Positions 8,770-19,714 of a stretch of DNA of 48,158 nucleotides are shown here, in pieces; position 1 is the stretch's first letter, and the number at the start of each line of letters is the position of its first letter. Made by a program: the position numbers and the translations under genes. The notes beneath the pieces are model-generated. The model made no database searches. It was not told where the DNA came from and worked only from the letters and a program-made list of their open reading frames with translations. The DNA comes from a bacterium. Its GTDB lineage: Bacteria; SZUA-182; DTGQ01. The stretch lies in the NCBI GenBank assembly GCA_040752695.1, contig JBFMGO010000032.1, forward strand, positions 1-48,158, given 5' to 3'.

Positions 8770-11097
8770 TCAGGAGGTTGGGGTCAGTATCCTTGTGCTC
8801 TTTCGCTGTCTGCACTGCTCTAGGAGCATGCGGGCCTGCCAGAGATTGGGTTCCAGTTGGATGGCTTCTTGAAGGTGCTCGGCGGCTTTATCGAGGCGGT
8901 TTTGTTTCATGAAGGTACAGCCCAGATTAAAATGAGCATCTGCGTTTTGAGGGTTGATTTCCACTGCTTTTTGCCATTCTTCGATGGCCTGCTCCAGTTT
9001 ATCCGTTTTGAGGAATACATTACCAAGGCCCATGTAGGCAGCCACGTAATTGGGGTCCAGATGAATAGACTGCTGATATTCCTGCCGGGCCTTATGGTAC
9101 ATTCTCAGCATTTCATAGGCGATACCCAGGTTTGCATGAGCGACTACCTGCGTGGGGAGATCGGGGTTGAGCCCAAGCAGTTTTTCGAATTGTTCCCTGG
9201 CCTCCTCATACCGACTGTGTTTGAGAAAAAGCACCCCCACATTGTTATAGGATAAAGGATTATCGGGATGGAGCCGGATGTCGGTCTGGTATTCGGCCAA
9301 TGCCTGTTCATAGTTATTCAGTCTCTCATGGATAGAGCCAATATTATTATGAACATTGATGAAGAGAGTATCCTGACGGGCTACCTCCTGAAATTCCCTC
9401 AGGGACTCTTCAAGACTGCCGATCTTTTGCAGGGCAGTAGCCATCAGAAAACGGGCCAGGATATTCCGGGGGTCCTGACGAACCAGTTGACGAAAGGAGG
9501 TGATAGCCTTCTGGTAGTTCCCTTCGGAGTATTCTTTGCTTCCCTGATCGAAGATGGTCAGTGTCCCAATCAGATCTTTGGGATCCCTGGATAACCCGTT
9601 GTTGGGATCTTTCGATACATCACAAGGGTCGGTCTTTGTGTCATCATTCACCTCTTTATGAGAAATCCGGGCAGTCTGGACATATCCCAGCGCCTGGAGC
9701 CTCTTTCGGGTTACTTCGTCCATTTCCACAATCTGATGGCCTGCCTGTAGCTGTGAGGCAGAAGCCAGGAAGGCTTGCAGCCTTTTTTCTAAAGACCGGC
9801 CCTGTTCCGGGTAGCTGCCGAGCACATCATGGAGTTCCCGGGGATCCGAGGACAAGTCATACAATTCCGGGCGTGGAGCATGAATATATTTCCATCGCCG
9901 GGTACGGACCCCTTGAAGGCGGCTCCAGCCAAAATTGTCCTCAGGAAACCGGGTTTCCAGGAAAACACTCTCATCATCCATGTAAGAAAGGTTCCCCGCT
10001 AAAGAAAGGTTCCCTGCCTGGACGGCACCGTCTATCCGGGAAGCATCGATCAGCCGGAGCGGGTCGGAGGGAGCCGGATGGCTTGCGGCAGGGTGATCGA
10101 GGAGGCTTTTTCCCTGCAACCCTTGAGGGGGAGAAATCTTGAAAAGATCCAGAACGGTTGGCAAAATATCCAGGGTTCTGACCGGCTGCGAATAAACCTC
10201 GCCCTCCGGCAGTCCGGGATAGTGCAGGATCAGAGGAACCCTCACGGTGGCATCGTAGAGAAAAATACCATGGGTATTTTCCCTGTGCTCTCCCAGACTT
10301 TCACCATGGTCGGCCACCAGAATAATCAGAGTATCCTCTATAACACCGAGTTTCTCCAATGCCTTGAGCAGCAAGCCTATACACTGGTCCGTGTAAGCGA
10401 TCTCGCCGTCATAAGGCCGATCGGGGTAGATGCTTCTGAAGCTTCGAGGAGGATCATAGGTGGTGTGAGGATCAAAGTAATGCACCCAGAGAAAAAACCG
10501 GGCTGGGTTTTCTTTTTCAAGCCACTGGATGCAGCTTTCAGTAACCGTCTCGCCCCTTCTTTCACTCGGCAGAGAAAAGGCATCCAAGGAGCTTTCATCG
10601 CCCTGTGACAGGTCGTCATCGTACTTTTCAAAACCCCGGTCGAGGCCAAATTGCCTGCTCAAAACAAATGCTCCGACAAAGGCGGCCGTAGTCAGTCCCT
10701 GCTGCTGTAAAATTTGAGCCAGGGTCTTGATCGAATCGTCCAGGCGATACTCTCCATTGTTCAAAACTCCATGGCTGGCCGGATACAGTCCGGTCATAAT
10801 ACTGGCGTGGGAAGGAAGGGTGAGAGGCACCGGAGTAAATGCCCATTCAAACCTCATGCCCTCTTTGGCCAGACCGTCGATAGCGGGCGTTTGAATTCCG
10901 GCATACCCATAGCAGCTCAAGTGATCGGCACGCAGGGTATCGATGGTAATCAGCAGCACGTTCTGCGGCTTTGGCACCATTCGCTGTGGAGTAACCAGGG
11001 GCTTTTGAAAGCGATTGCATCCAATTCCGGCAAAGAAACCGACTACCAGCATGATTCGAATGTACAGGGAACAGGAGAAATTATGTATTTTACTCAT
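8770..11097 (-). CDS. Exported sulfatase-fold (alkaline phosphatase superfamily) protein with C-terminal TPR array
   Basis: NVLLITIDTLRADHL, WVHYFDPH, ADHGE, ELYDLSSDPRE and LQALGY, followed by multiple TPR motifs. Lipoprotein-like signal (FFAGIGC). Confidence 0.88.
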   Translation of the reverse strand: MSKIHNFSCSLYIRIMLVVGFFAGIGCNRFQKPLVTPQRMVPKPQNVLLITIDTLRADHLSCYGYAGIQTPAIDGLAKEGMRFEWAFTPVPLTLPSHASIMTGLYPASHGVLNNGEYRLDDSIKTLAQILQQQGLTTAAFVGAFVLSRQFGLDRGFEKYDDDLSQGDESSLDAFSLPSERRGETVTESCIQWLEKENPARFFLWVHYFDPHTTYDPPRSFRSIYPDRPYDGEIAYTDQCIGLLLKALEKLGVIEDTLIILVADHGESLGEHRENTHGIFLYDATVRVPLILHYPGLPEGEVYSQPVRTLDILPTVLDLFKISPPQGLQGKSLLDHPAASHPAPSDPLRLIDASRIDGAVQAGNLSLAGNLSYMDDESVFLETRFPEDNFGWSRLQGVRTRRWKYIHAPRPELYDLSSDPRELHDVLGSYPEQGRSLEKRLQAFLASASQLQAGHQIVEMDEVTRKRLQALGYVQTARISHKEVNDDTKTDPCDVSKDPNNGLSRDPKDLIGTLTIFDQGSKEYSEGNYQKAITSFRQLVRQDPRNILARFLMATALQKIGSLEESLREFQEVARQDTLFINVHNNIGSIHERLNNYEQALAEYQTDIRLHPDNPLSYNNVGVLFLKHSRYEEAREQFEKLLGLNPDLPTQVVAHANLGIAYEMLRMYHKARQEYQQSIHLDPNYVAAYMGLGNVFLKTDKLEQAIEEWQKAVEINPQNADAHFNLGCTFMKQNRLDKAAEHLQEAIQLEPNLWQARMLLEQCRQRKSTRILTPTS

Positions 11098-11182
11098 CTA
11101 TCTATGTATCGGCAACCCAATCAATTATAATTGTTTCCTTTTATAAACTGATTATAAACCGATAGAGGTCCAAAACGCAAGG

Positions 11183-13942
11183 CTAAAAGGTCCCTGGCAG
11201 TCTTCTTACCGGCGCACGGGCGCACGTTGCAAGGCCTTTGATCATAGACCCGTCCTTGAGATTGCCACTTAAGGTAAGATAAATCGTTTCATCTTCCATT
11301 CCTTTAATCCCCAAGTTTCTGATAACCTGCTGACTGTTGAAGGTAAACAAAAGGTCCTGATATCCATCACCGCTGCGGTAATACGACAGGACCTTGCCGG
11401 TTCCGGATGGAACGTCCGTATAACTCCACCAGGCAGGTGCTATCTGCTCTTGGGCGCCCTTTCGGCCGAGCGCGATCGTTTCAGGATCTATGTCCGTTAC
11501 ATCGAACTCATCGTTCCCTAAGACCGCAACGTATACCTTTCTGCTCCTCAGGCTTAAGGTGCTCATCAGTCCTTCCCCTGAATAAATATCCATCGATACC
11601 CATATGATGGGGGGAACAAAGCCGTTATACTCAAAAGCTCCCATATCGTAATTGGCCATCCCGTCACGATCACCATCCCACGGCCTGGTGTTACTCTCTT
11701 TGTCTTTTTCCGCATCAGGTATCCCTGGATCGGTTCCTGCATCGATGCACGGGGATTCGTACTGTAAATGATAATCCCCAAGAGCCGGATTCATAAATAC
11801 AGGGGGGAGATTGATATTGCCCAAACCTCTATATCCACTCTGAATATTGGAATAGGTGATCTTGAGAGAACTGCCAGGCACTTGAATCGTGTTGCCCCGA
11901 CCTCTATATCCTCTCCGGATGCCGCCGGGAAAAGTGCTTCCGGAATGCTGGTCAACGATCTGGTTCGGCGAGTTTTCCCAGAGGATACAGTTGGTAATGG
12001 CCGGAGCCATCATATCGCTGATAATTCCACCACCGGTCAAGGATGCTGAATTCTTGACAATTGTGCAATTGGTGATGACCGGGGAGATGAAAGGGGATTC
12101 TATCACGAAGTCAGATTCCGAACCGTAATATCCCAGAGCGTAGATTCCCGCGCCGGAATTGGCCGAATTCCGGCTAATGATGCAATTGGTAACGGTCCAC
12201 CGGGTAGCGAATCCATTCAGTGGCCATGTGCAATAAATTCCGCCACCTGCATCAGCCGAATTTTCATCAATCGTTGAATTCGCGATAGACAAGTTATCGC
12301 ACTGGCAGTAGATTCCACCGCCCTTGCTGGATGCTTGATTCTGGCCGATAGTACAATCGACGATTTTGGGCTGACAGCAGGTTGGGCCGAAGCAGAGAAT
12401 CCCTCCTCCGCAGGAGGCCTGGTTATTAGAGATGGTACAGGCAGTGATTTTAGGTGCCGAGTTATAAGAGTAGATTCCACCGCCCCCACGGGGACCCTCA
12501 TGAGCGGTGGCAATATTTTTGGTAATCAGGCAGGCAACTATCGTTGGCGATGAGCGATCGCAATAGACTCCCCCGCCGGCTTGAGCGGAATTTTCGCTCA
12601 TGGTGCAATTGCTGATCGCAGGGGATGATTTTTGATCACAGCCAATTCCACCGCCCGAATCAACAGATGAGTTTCGGCTCATGATACAGTCTTCGATTTC
12701 GGGTGAGGCATTCTGACAATAGATTCCCCCTGCATACCGTATGGAAGATCCGTTGCGGATGGTAAACCCCTTAAGGCTACTGCTTTTGGATACATTGACC
12801 AGAACAATAACCGGCCCTGCCTGCGAACCGTCGATAATCGTGGATGCCGGGCCATTCTGGCTGACTAAAGATATATTCTTTCCTCTGATAACCAGATTTT
12901 CTTTATACGTGGCCGGATACACAATAATGACATCCCCGTGCAGGGCAAAATCAATGGCCTGTTGAATGGATGCGAAATCTCCGCTTCCATCAGCGGCCAC
13001 GGTTATCGCAGTCAAACCGGCGCAGGGAACTTCCTCTCCTGCATATGCTCCCATGTCCGAGGGGGAAGTACCCAGGGGAGACATTCGCGGATGACCGGCG
13101 CCCTTGCAGGGAGAGGCACTCTTCAGGTGATAATCCCCCTTTTCAGGATTAACGAATAAAGGATCAGCGTCGATATTCCCCAATCCTGTATAGCCGCCTT
13201 TGACATCGCAGTAGCTCAGTTTTATGGAAGATTCATACCCTGCATCCACTTCGGAACCATTGTTCCACAAGATCGAATTCACTCCACAGGGTGAAGAGTA
13301 ATAATCGCAATAGATTCCCCCGCCGATGAGAGCCGAATTCCTGCTCATGGTACACTGGATGAGTCTCGGTGAGGAGTAACAGTCACCGTATATCCCTCCG
13401 CCTTTTTCCGAGGCCTGATTTTCGACGATGAGACAGTTGCTTACACAGGGGGATGACTCAAGGCAGTATATTCCTCCCCCGCGAAGGGCCGAATTTTTTG
13501 TAATCACGCACTTTTTGATCATCGGAGAGGAAGATTTACAGCAAATGCCGCCGCCTCTGCCGAATGGGGGTAATGCTTTGCCATTTTGTACGGTGACTCC
13601 ACTGAGTACGGAAAGTTTTCCCTCACCGCTCCCAAAGGTAACGACGCTCCCTGCCTTACCTCCATCGATGATGGTGCAAGCTACGATATCAGGATCATTC
13701 GGATCCGTACTCTTTACGGCAATGGCCTTCCCGAAAAAGTTGACCGTTTCCGTGTAAGTTCCCGGCTTGATCGTAATGACATCTCCATCATCGGCAGCGT
13801 CGATCGCCGACTGGATGGTGCTGTAATCTTCAGGAATAAGTATCTGTGCCGCCTGGACATGGTGAAGAGAAAGCCCCGCGAGAAATACCACTACAAACCC
13901 GAGAGTCAGTGCTGAGAACGACAAGGATGAAATCCTTTTCAT
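11183..13942 (-). CDS. Secreted protein with two tandem right-handed parallel beta-helix modules (GGGIYC repeats, choice-of-anchor-Q-like ends)
   Basis: Signal peptide from MKRISS (ATG 13942 after AAGGAG). Two modules begin YSTIQSAID / FASIQQAID, carry many N-x-A-xx-GGGIYC repeats, and end DPLFV..GDYHL..SPC / PVFM..GDYHL..SPCIDAG. Confidence 0.82.
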   Translation of the reverse strand: MKRISSLSFSALTLGFVVVFLAGLSLHHVQAAQILIPEDYSTIQSAIDAADDGDVITIKPGTYTETVNFFGKAIAVKSTDPNDPDIVACTIIDGGKAGSVVTFGSGEGKLSVLSGVTVQNGKALPPFGRGGGICCKSSSPMIKKCVITKNSALRGGGIYCLESSPCVSNCLIVENQASEKGGGIYGDCYSSPRLIQCTMSRNSALIGGGIYCDYYSSPCGVNSILWNNGSEVDAGYESSIKLSYCDVKGGYTGLGNIDADPLFVNPEKGDYHLKSASPCKGAGHPRMSPLGTSPSDMGAYAGEEVPCAGLTAITVAADGSGDFASIQQAIDFALHGDVIIVYPATYKENLVIRGKNISLVSQNGPASTIIDGSQAGPVIVLVNVSKSSSLKGFTIRNGSSIRYAGGIYCQNASPEIEDCIMSRNSSVDSGGGIGCDQKSSPAISNCTMSENSAQAGGGVYCDRSSPTIVACLITKNIATAHEGPRGGGGIYSYNSAPKITACTISNNQASCGGGILCFGPTCCQPKIVDCTIGQNQASSKGGGIYCQCDNLSIANSTIDENSADAGGGIYCTWPLNGFATRWTVTNCIISRNSANSGAGIYALGYYGSESDFVIESPFISPVITNCTIVKNSASLTGGGIISDMMAPAITNCILWENSPNQIVDQHSGSTFPGGIRRGYRGRGNTIQVPGSSLKITYSNIQSGYRGLGNINLPPVFMNPALGDYHLQYESPCIDAGTDPGIPDAEKDKESNTRPWDGDRDGMANYDMGAFEYNGFVPPIIWVSMDIYSGEGLMSTLSLRSRKVYVAVLGNDEFDVTDIDPETIALGRKGAQEQIAPAWWSYTDVPSGTGKVLSYYRSGDGYQDLLFTFNSQQVIRNLGIKGMEDETIYLTLSGNLKDGSMIKGLATCARAPVRRLPGTF

Positions 13943-13977
13943 GTATCTTTCTCCTTTCCTAAGAAGGTGTAAAAGGC

Positions 13978-14991
13978 TTAGGGTTTGTCCGTGACAATCA
14001 TTTCCTTGATAGGGGTCCCATCGCTCCATTCGCCCATGTACCGCTGCTGCGGGGTGTTCCCCAGGGCATATTCCCAATTTCTCTCATAAAAAGCGGCATC
14101 GGTGAGTGCTTCGAATAATTTCCACAGGCAGTTATAGTCGAGAGCATCAGGCAGGGTACTCAATCTGTCCGAACCGGTAGTCTTGCTGGCAGGAGTAAAA
14201 TGGTTTGCCTCCAGGGCAGGAGAGCCATGATAGTCCGAAACCATGATAATGTAATCTTTTCGATCGAGGGGGATCTGCGATGTCTGGGTGAAAATTTCCC
14301 TGGCGTAGCCATCGCCTGCAACAAGATCCTGGTCGCCCACTACGGTGAGCAAGAGAGTATCCGCGGGAATTTTCGAAAAATCACCCAGGGGAGTGAACAT
14401 ATTGCATTTTGGCTCAACAGCCATAACCGCTTTCGGGACAGGCACACCTGCCGCTTCCAGGGTACTGATATTGACGCCTAAAATTCCTCCATATGAATGC
14501 CCTACGATAGCGAATTTATTCAGGTCCGGTTCCACATGACCCCTGGTCTTGAGCATCGTGATCGCTCGTTGCAGCGAGCGAGTGACAATGCCTGTGTGCT
14601 CCTCGGGAATGTATCTGCTCGACTGATAGATGGGGTAAACGACAATATTGCCTTTCCTGACAATATGTTCAATCCAGGCTCCGTAAGGATTTGGAGAAAG
14701 GACTCCCCATCCATGAAGGAAGAGAACCAGGGGTGCGGTCTCCGGTTTCGGTGAGTCCGGTTCGAAGATGTAATACTTTAAAGCACCAAAACCATAACTG
14801 TTGCTGATAACCTTGCCGTGGATATAGTCCGCCCCACCGACTCCACTCGATGGTTGAGGAGGTCCGGCGGCAGCCAGAACAGCAGGAGGCAGGGGACTGA
14901 AAAAGGACATGAACACCAGGAAAAGGAACAGGCTCACTTCGAAAAACTTATTCTGGAAAGCAAGACACATGCTGTTTCTCCTTGAGGGCAT
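13978..14991 (-). CDS. Secreted alpha/beta hydrolase (chlorophyllase-like)
   Basis: Signal peptide, FLHGW oxyanion motif, nucleophile elbow GHSYG, Asp (GDQD) and His (ANHF). Confidence 0.82.
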   Translation of the reverse strand: MPSRRNSMCLAFQNKFFEVSLFLFLVFMSFFSPLPPAVLAAAGPPQPSSGVGGADYIHGKVISNSYGFGALKYYIFEPDSPKPETAPLVLFLHGWGVLSPNPYGAWIEHIVRKGNIVVYPIYQSSRYIPEEHTGIVTRSLQRAITMLKTRGHVEPDLNKFAIVGHSYGGILGVNISTLEAAGVPVPKAVMAVEPKCNMFTPLGDFSKIPADTLLLTVVGDQDLVAGDGYAREIFTQTSQIPLDRKDYIIMVSDYHGSPALEANHFTPASKTTGSDRLSTLPDALDYNCLWKLFEALTDAAFYERNWEYALGNTPQQRYMGEWSDGTPIKEMIVTDKP

Positions 14992-15299
14992 CTTTTGATC
15001 TCCTAACCAAATCCATGGCTCTTTGCGATTTAAGGATACTTTAAGGATACATCAGTATGGAAAATCCCGTCATCATGCAGACTTTCAGAACTCTCTCGCT
15101 TACTGTTTTGTCTCCTCATCTCTTGCCTACGGGCATTGATGCAGATGAGACAAAGAGCTTCAGCTAAATAGTAAAATGGACTATTGAGAGCTTAATTTCA
15201 AGTAGATGTGAGTACTTCTCGGCTACTCTGTGCAAGAGCAACTACAACACATTTTCCTTTGAGAAGTGAAAAAACCTGGAGGACTTCTTAAAGACAACC

Positions 15300-17096
15300 T
15301 TAATCGGATTCCGTTTTAAGCACGGACAAGAAGGCTTTTTGAGGAATTTCTACCGAGCCAATCATCTTCATGCGCTTTTTACCTTTTTTCTGCTTTTCCA
15401 GCAACTTTCGCTTCCGGGTGATATCTCCGCCGTAGCACTTGGCTAATACATCCTTACGAAAGGGGGAAACGGTAGTCCGGGCAATGACTGTACCACCGAT
15501 AGCCCCTTGGATGGCTATCTTAAACATTTGTCTTGGGATTTCATCCCTGAGCCGCTCACAGGCGTGCAAGGCCCGTGCTCTGGCATGGTCCCGGTGAACC
15601 AACTGGGAGAGCGCATCCACCCTCTCTCCATTGACCAGGATGTCAACCTTGACCAGATCGGTTTCCCGGTAGTCCAGAATTTCGTAATCAAACGAGCCAT
15701 ACCCCTGGGTAACGCTTTTGAGCTTATCGTAGAAATCGTAAACAACTTCCGCCAGCGGCAATTCAAAAATCATCTCGACCCGGCCCGGGCCCGTATAGTG
15801 GTATCCCGTATTGATCCCGCGGCGATCCATGCACAATTTCATGACCGCTCCCAGGTAGCGGTCCGGCATGATGATAGTGGCCTTGATGAAAGGCTCCTCT
15901 ACCTTTTCGATCATCATGGGATCAGGGTAAAGCGCCGGATTGTCGACCGTGATTTTTTCTCCTTTTTTGGGAGTAACGTAATACCGGACCGTCGGAGCAG
16001 TCATGATCAGGGAAAGGTCATATTCTCTCTCCAGACGCTCCTGAACGATTTCAAGGTGCAAGAGGCCAAGGAACCCGCAACGAAAGCCCATACCCAGAGC
16101 CGCGGAGACATCTTTTTCGGAGGTAAGCGCAGCATCGTTCAGTTTATATTTTTCCAGGGCCACAGCCAGATCCTCGTACTCGTCGGTCGAGACAGGGTAC
16201 AGGGATGAAAAAACCACGGGTTTGGCTGCCCGGAATCCGGCCAGAGGCTTATCAGCCGGATTTTCATCCAGGGTGATGGTATCTCCCACCCTGGCATCAC
16301 TGACGGTCTTGACTCCGGCAATAATATACCCCACTTCACCAGCTTTAAGGATCGGAGACTTTTCCCGTTTCAGGCAAAAATAACCGACTTCTTCAACCTT
16401 GTGTACAAGGCCGTTGGACATCAACCGGATCGTGTCGCCTGCCTGGACCTGGCCATCGAAAACCCGGCAGAAGATGACCACACCCCGAAAGGGATCGTAT
16501 TGGGCATCGAAAATCAAAGCGGAAAGCGGATTGCTTTCATCCCCTTTTGGAGGGGGCAGCCGGTGAACAATGGCTTCGAGTACCTCCTGAATGCCGATTC
16601 CTTCCTTGGCGGAGCATTTAATGGCATCATCAGGATTAAGGCCCAGTTCCGAGTCGATTTGTTCCAAAACCCGGTCGATATCAGCCGAAGGCAAATCAAT
16701 TTTATTAATAACCGGAATAACGGCCAGATCATGCTCCATGGCCAGATAGAGATTGGCCAGGGTCTGTGCTTCCACTCCCTGAGAGGCATCGATCAAAAGA
16801 AGCACCCCCTCGCAGGAGGCCAATGCCCGTGATACCTCGTAAGTAAAATCCACATGGCCGGGCGTATCGATCAAATTCAGCATATACCTTTTGCCATCCT
16901 GGGCCTGATAGGGAAGCCGGATGGCCTGGCTTTTGATGGTGATACCCCGCTCCCGCTCAAGCTCCATGCTGTCCAGAATCTGGTCCTTAAACATCCTGGG
17001 ATCGATCACTCCGGTGTTTTGGATAAGCCGGTCAGCCAACGTGGATTTCCCGTGATCTATATGGGCTATGATGCTGAAGTTGCGAATTAATTTCAT
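15300..17096 (-). CDS. lepA: Elongation factor 4 (LepA GTPase)
   Basis: [60 protein letters not shown]. Confidence 0.98.
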   Translation of the reverse strand: MKLIRNFSIIAHIDHGKSTLADRLIQNTGVIDPRMFKDQILDSMELERERGITIKSQAIRLPYQAQDGKRYMLNLIDTPGHVDFTYEVSRALASCEGVLLLIDASQGVEAQTLANLYLAMEHDLAVIPVINKIDLPSADIDRVLEQIDSELGLNPDDAIKCSAKEGIGIQEVLEAIVHRLPPPKGDESNPLSALIFDAQYDPFRGVVIFCRVFDGQVQAGDTIRLMSNGLVHKVEEVGYFCLKREKSPILKAGEVGYIIAGVKTVSDARVGDTITLDENPADKPLAGFRAAKPVVFSSLYPVSTDEYEDLAVALEKYKLNDAALTSEKDVSAALGMGFRCGFLGLLHLEIVQERLEREYDLSLIMTAPTVRYYVTPKKGEKITVDNPALYPDPMMIEKVEEPFIKATIIMPDRYLGAVMKLCMDRRGINTGYHYTGPGRVEMIFELPLAEVVYDFYDKLKSVTQGYGSFDYEILDYRETDLVKVDILVNGERVDALSQLVHRDHARARALHACERLRDEIPRQMFKIAIQGAIGGTVIARTTVSPFRKDVLAKCYGGDITRKRKLLEKQKKGKKRMKMIGSVEIPQKAFLSVLKTESD

Positions 17097-17230
17097 AGTC
17101 AGCTTCTTAAAAACTCCTTATCGTAGTATGTGTATCGGTCTTGTCGCCATCAGAGCATCATAAACCATTTTACCCAAAGAATCAATCTCATTGAAGAAAT
17201 TACCGGGAAAAGAGGGGGTCATGCGCACAG

Positions 17231-19108
17231 TTAATCGATTTTAACCAAAACGCGCTGGCCTGGATACAGAGTGCTTTTTGAGGTGAGGCGATTCAACTTT
17301 AAAAACTCGTCTACCCCCAGGTTATGGTTTCTGGCTATTTTGGCGGGAGAATCTCCCTTTTTGACATAATAGACCTGGTATCGGGTAAAAGCAGGCTTTT
17401 GTCCTTTCGAAGACGCCATACTCTTCTTCGAGCGTGTTGCGCGATCACCGTTTAAAGGGATACGAATCCGCTGGCCCACCTGAAGACGCTTGGTACTTTT
17501 GATCTTATTGGCGTTGAGAATAGAGCTGACCGTGACTCCATATTCCTGGGCCAGATGATGGATAGTATCTCCCCGTTTCAGCCGGACGGTAATATAATCA
17601 GGTTTATGGGCTGGTTCAGCAGACTGCCTTGAGACATTTCTGGATCTTCGTCTGATCCGCGACTGCCTGCTTTCAGACCCGGATGGAGAAGACAATTCGG
17701 AAATCGATTCCAGGCATGCAAGAATCTGCTCTCCTGTATCTGGTGGAACCTTCAGGCTATACTCATAGTTTGGTGTTACCTGATAGCGAAGTTCAGTGTT
17801 CAGGTCAACCAGTGCCTTTTCATCGATTTGCAGTTTATCGGCTATTGCCTTAAGCGGAACTCGTTTATTTATAGTGACTTCCTCATATTTAAGGGGAGAA
17901 AGAGGTTGATCAAATTCAATCCCGAACCGGTTGGGATCTTCGATAATTTGTATAGCAGCTAAAAAGCGGGGGACATAGCGGGCGGTTTCCTGAGGAAGCA
18001 GTTGGTAAAGATCCCAGAAGTTATCCAGATAATTAATATGCTGTTTGCGGATCACTCTCAGGACCGTTCCCTCTCCGCAGTTATACGCGGCCAGGACCGT
18101 AGTCCAGTCACCGAATATCTGGTGCAGTTGCCTGAGGTATTCAATAGCTGCCCGGGTTGATTTTATGGGATCCATTCTCTCATCGATCCACTTATCTCGC
18201 TTGAGGCCAAACTTATACCCGGTCGAAGGGATAAATTGCCACAACCCCAGTGCCCGGGCACGGGAAAATGCCCTCTCTTTGAAGTAACTTTCAATGAGCG
18301 GCAGCCAGGAGAGTCTGGTAGGAAGTCCGGCTTCACTCAATTCCTTAATGATCATCGGGAGATAGAGCCCGGCCCGGCTCACGGATTGCCGGAATTGGTC
18401 CCTTTCAGCTCCAAGAAAGGAATCGATTTCCCTTTTTACATGCTCATTCATGCTCAAGGGGATCTCGCGGTGAGTTCCATTGGCTACGTTCTGCCGGGAT
18501 GCGTAAATTTCCACGGTACGTTTGGAAATCAAAAACCGGATATCATCCTTTTGCTGCAACAGGGCGGCATCATTATCCGGATCAACGGATATTAAAAGTT
18601 CATAAGCACTGTCCAGGATTTCCATCGCGCCGTCCGGATTTCCTTCTTCCCACTGCTTCTGCGCTTCCTGACACAGTTGCAAAGCTGCATCCAGTTTCTC
18701 CTGCTGACCATTTTCATCCGCTTCTTCAGAACCATCTTCCGTTTCAGTCTCCTGGAGATGCTCCGTATGAGGACCGGTTATGTCAATTTCAGTGTTTCCA
18801 CTTATGCCTAAATCAGCTTCTGATAAATCGGATTCAGGAAGATTAACAGGATGGAGATGGCCAGAATTATTCATTTCCTCTTGCTCTGGCAAGGCAATTT
18901 CCTCTTCTTGCATATGGGTAATGGGTGAGTCCGGAAGAGTAAGAGTTTCCTCCGGCACTTCCAGTGCTGTCCCCTCCCTGAAGGTGTCCTCCCTGGAGAT
19001 GGAGAAATTTCCCGCTGTCCACAGTGATCTCATGGCACATCCGGTTACTGCCAGGCACAGATAAGAAACAAGACAGGTGAGCAAAACAAAATGCGACTTC
19101 CCGCTCAT
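17231..19108 (-). CDS. mltD: Lytic transglycosylase, MltD-like (SLT + LysM), lipoprotein
   Basis: Lipobox LAVTGC; LPLIES catalytic Glu, GLWQFIPSTG, AAYNCG, ETARYVP; C-terminal LysM repeats (KRGDTI, VKKGDS). Confidence 0.88.
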   Translation of the reverse strand: MSGKSHFVLLTCLVSYLCLAVTGCAMRSLWTAGNFSISREDTFREGTALEVPEETLTLPDSPITHMQEEEIALPEQEEMNNSGHLHPVNLPESDLSEADLGISGNTEIDITGPHTEHLQETETEDGSEEADENGQQEKLDAALQLCQEAQKQWEEGNPDGAMEILDSAYELLISVDPDNDAALLQQKDDIRFLISKRTVEIYASRQNVANGTHREIPLSMNEHVKREIDSFLGAERDQFRQSVSRAGLYLPMIIKELSEAGLPTRLSWLPLIESYFKERAFSRARALGLWQFIPSTGYKFGLKRDKWIDERMDPIKSTRAAIEYLRQLHQIFGDWTTVLAAYNCGEGTVLRVIRKQHINYLDNFWDLYQLLPQETARYVPRFLAAIQIIEDPNRFGIEFDQPLSPLKYEEVTINKRVPLKAIADKLQIDEKALVDLNTELRYQVTPNYEYSLKVPPDTGEQILACLESISELSSPSGSESRQSRIRRRSRNVSRQSAEPAHKPDYITVRLKRGDTIHHLAQEYGVTVSSILNANKIKSTKRLQVGQRIRIPLNGDRATRSKKSMASSKGQKPAFTRYQVYYVKKGDSPAKIARNHNLGVDEFLKLNRLTSKSTLYPGQRVLVKID

Positions 19109-19372
19109 AAGAAATGGATCTCCTCTTAGTTTTTGTCGGTCAATTCAGCCATGCAATGATAATTCGAGCCCGTTTCTTTTGGAGTTTAAACCATAAGTAA
19201 CCCCAGCTAAAGAACAGATTATTATTGACAAATAAGGACTACTATATACTATTATATTGGAAAAGAGCTACTATACTATAAATGATTTCGTCCTGATAAT
19301 CAATCTCCTTTGGATTTTTTCTATGAATGATTCTTCCTGGTTCGAAGGTTTGAAGATCCATTACTCAAACCC

Positions 19373-19401
19373 TTGACGGAAACCCTGGATACCAGTATAC
19401 T
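19373..19401 (+). promoter_or_regulatory. sigma70 promoter upstream of the efp-like gene
   Basis: TTGACG-N17-TATACT, about 310 nt before the start codon. Confidence 0.7.
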
Positions 19402-19714
19402 TCGAAGAACAATTATATTTCAAAGAACAATTCTTCGAAATGACAGGTACGAGAGCCAGCCTGCTGAAAAACAATTCCTGAAGTTATCGGCTGCGAGTTA
19501 CGAAGGATCCCCCCGCACCTGCTCCAAGAGGATCGGACAGGGAGCCATAAGGATATCGTCATCCTTACTTCGAGTCAGGGGGGCTGGTTACGTGGGATTC
19601 TGATTGCAAGTTTACGCATAGTGTTAGCACTTATGTTTAAATCTCTTTTGAACTCTACCCATGATCCGGCATGCATAACTTCATGTATACATGCAAAAAG
19701 AAGGAGAAAGAAAG

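Noticed and set aside
19440..19600. 6S RNA, T-box, SRP or glmS identity for the efpL leader
   Set aside because: Only short fragments match and the diagnostic motifs are absent or in the wrong order; kept as an unclassified candidate.
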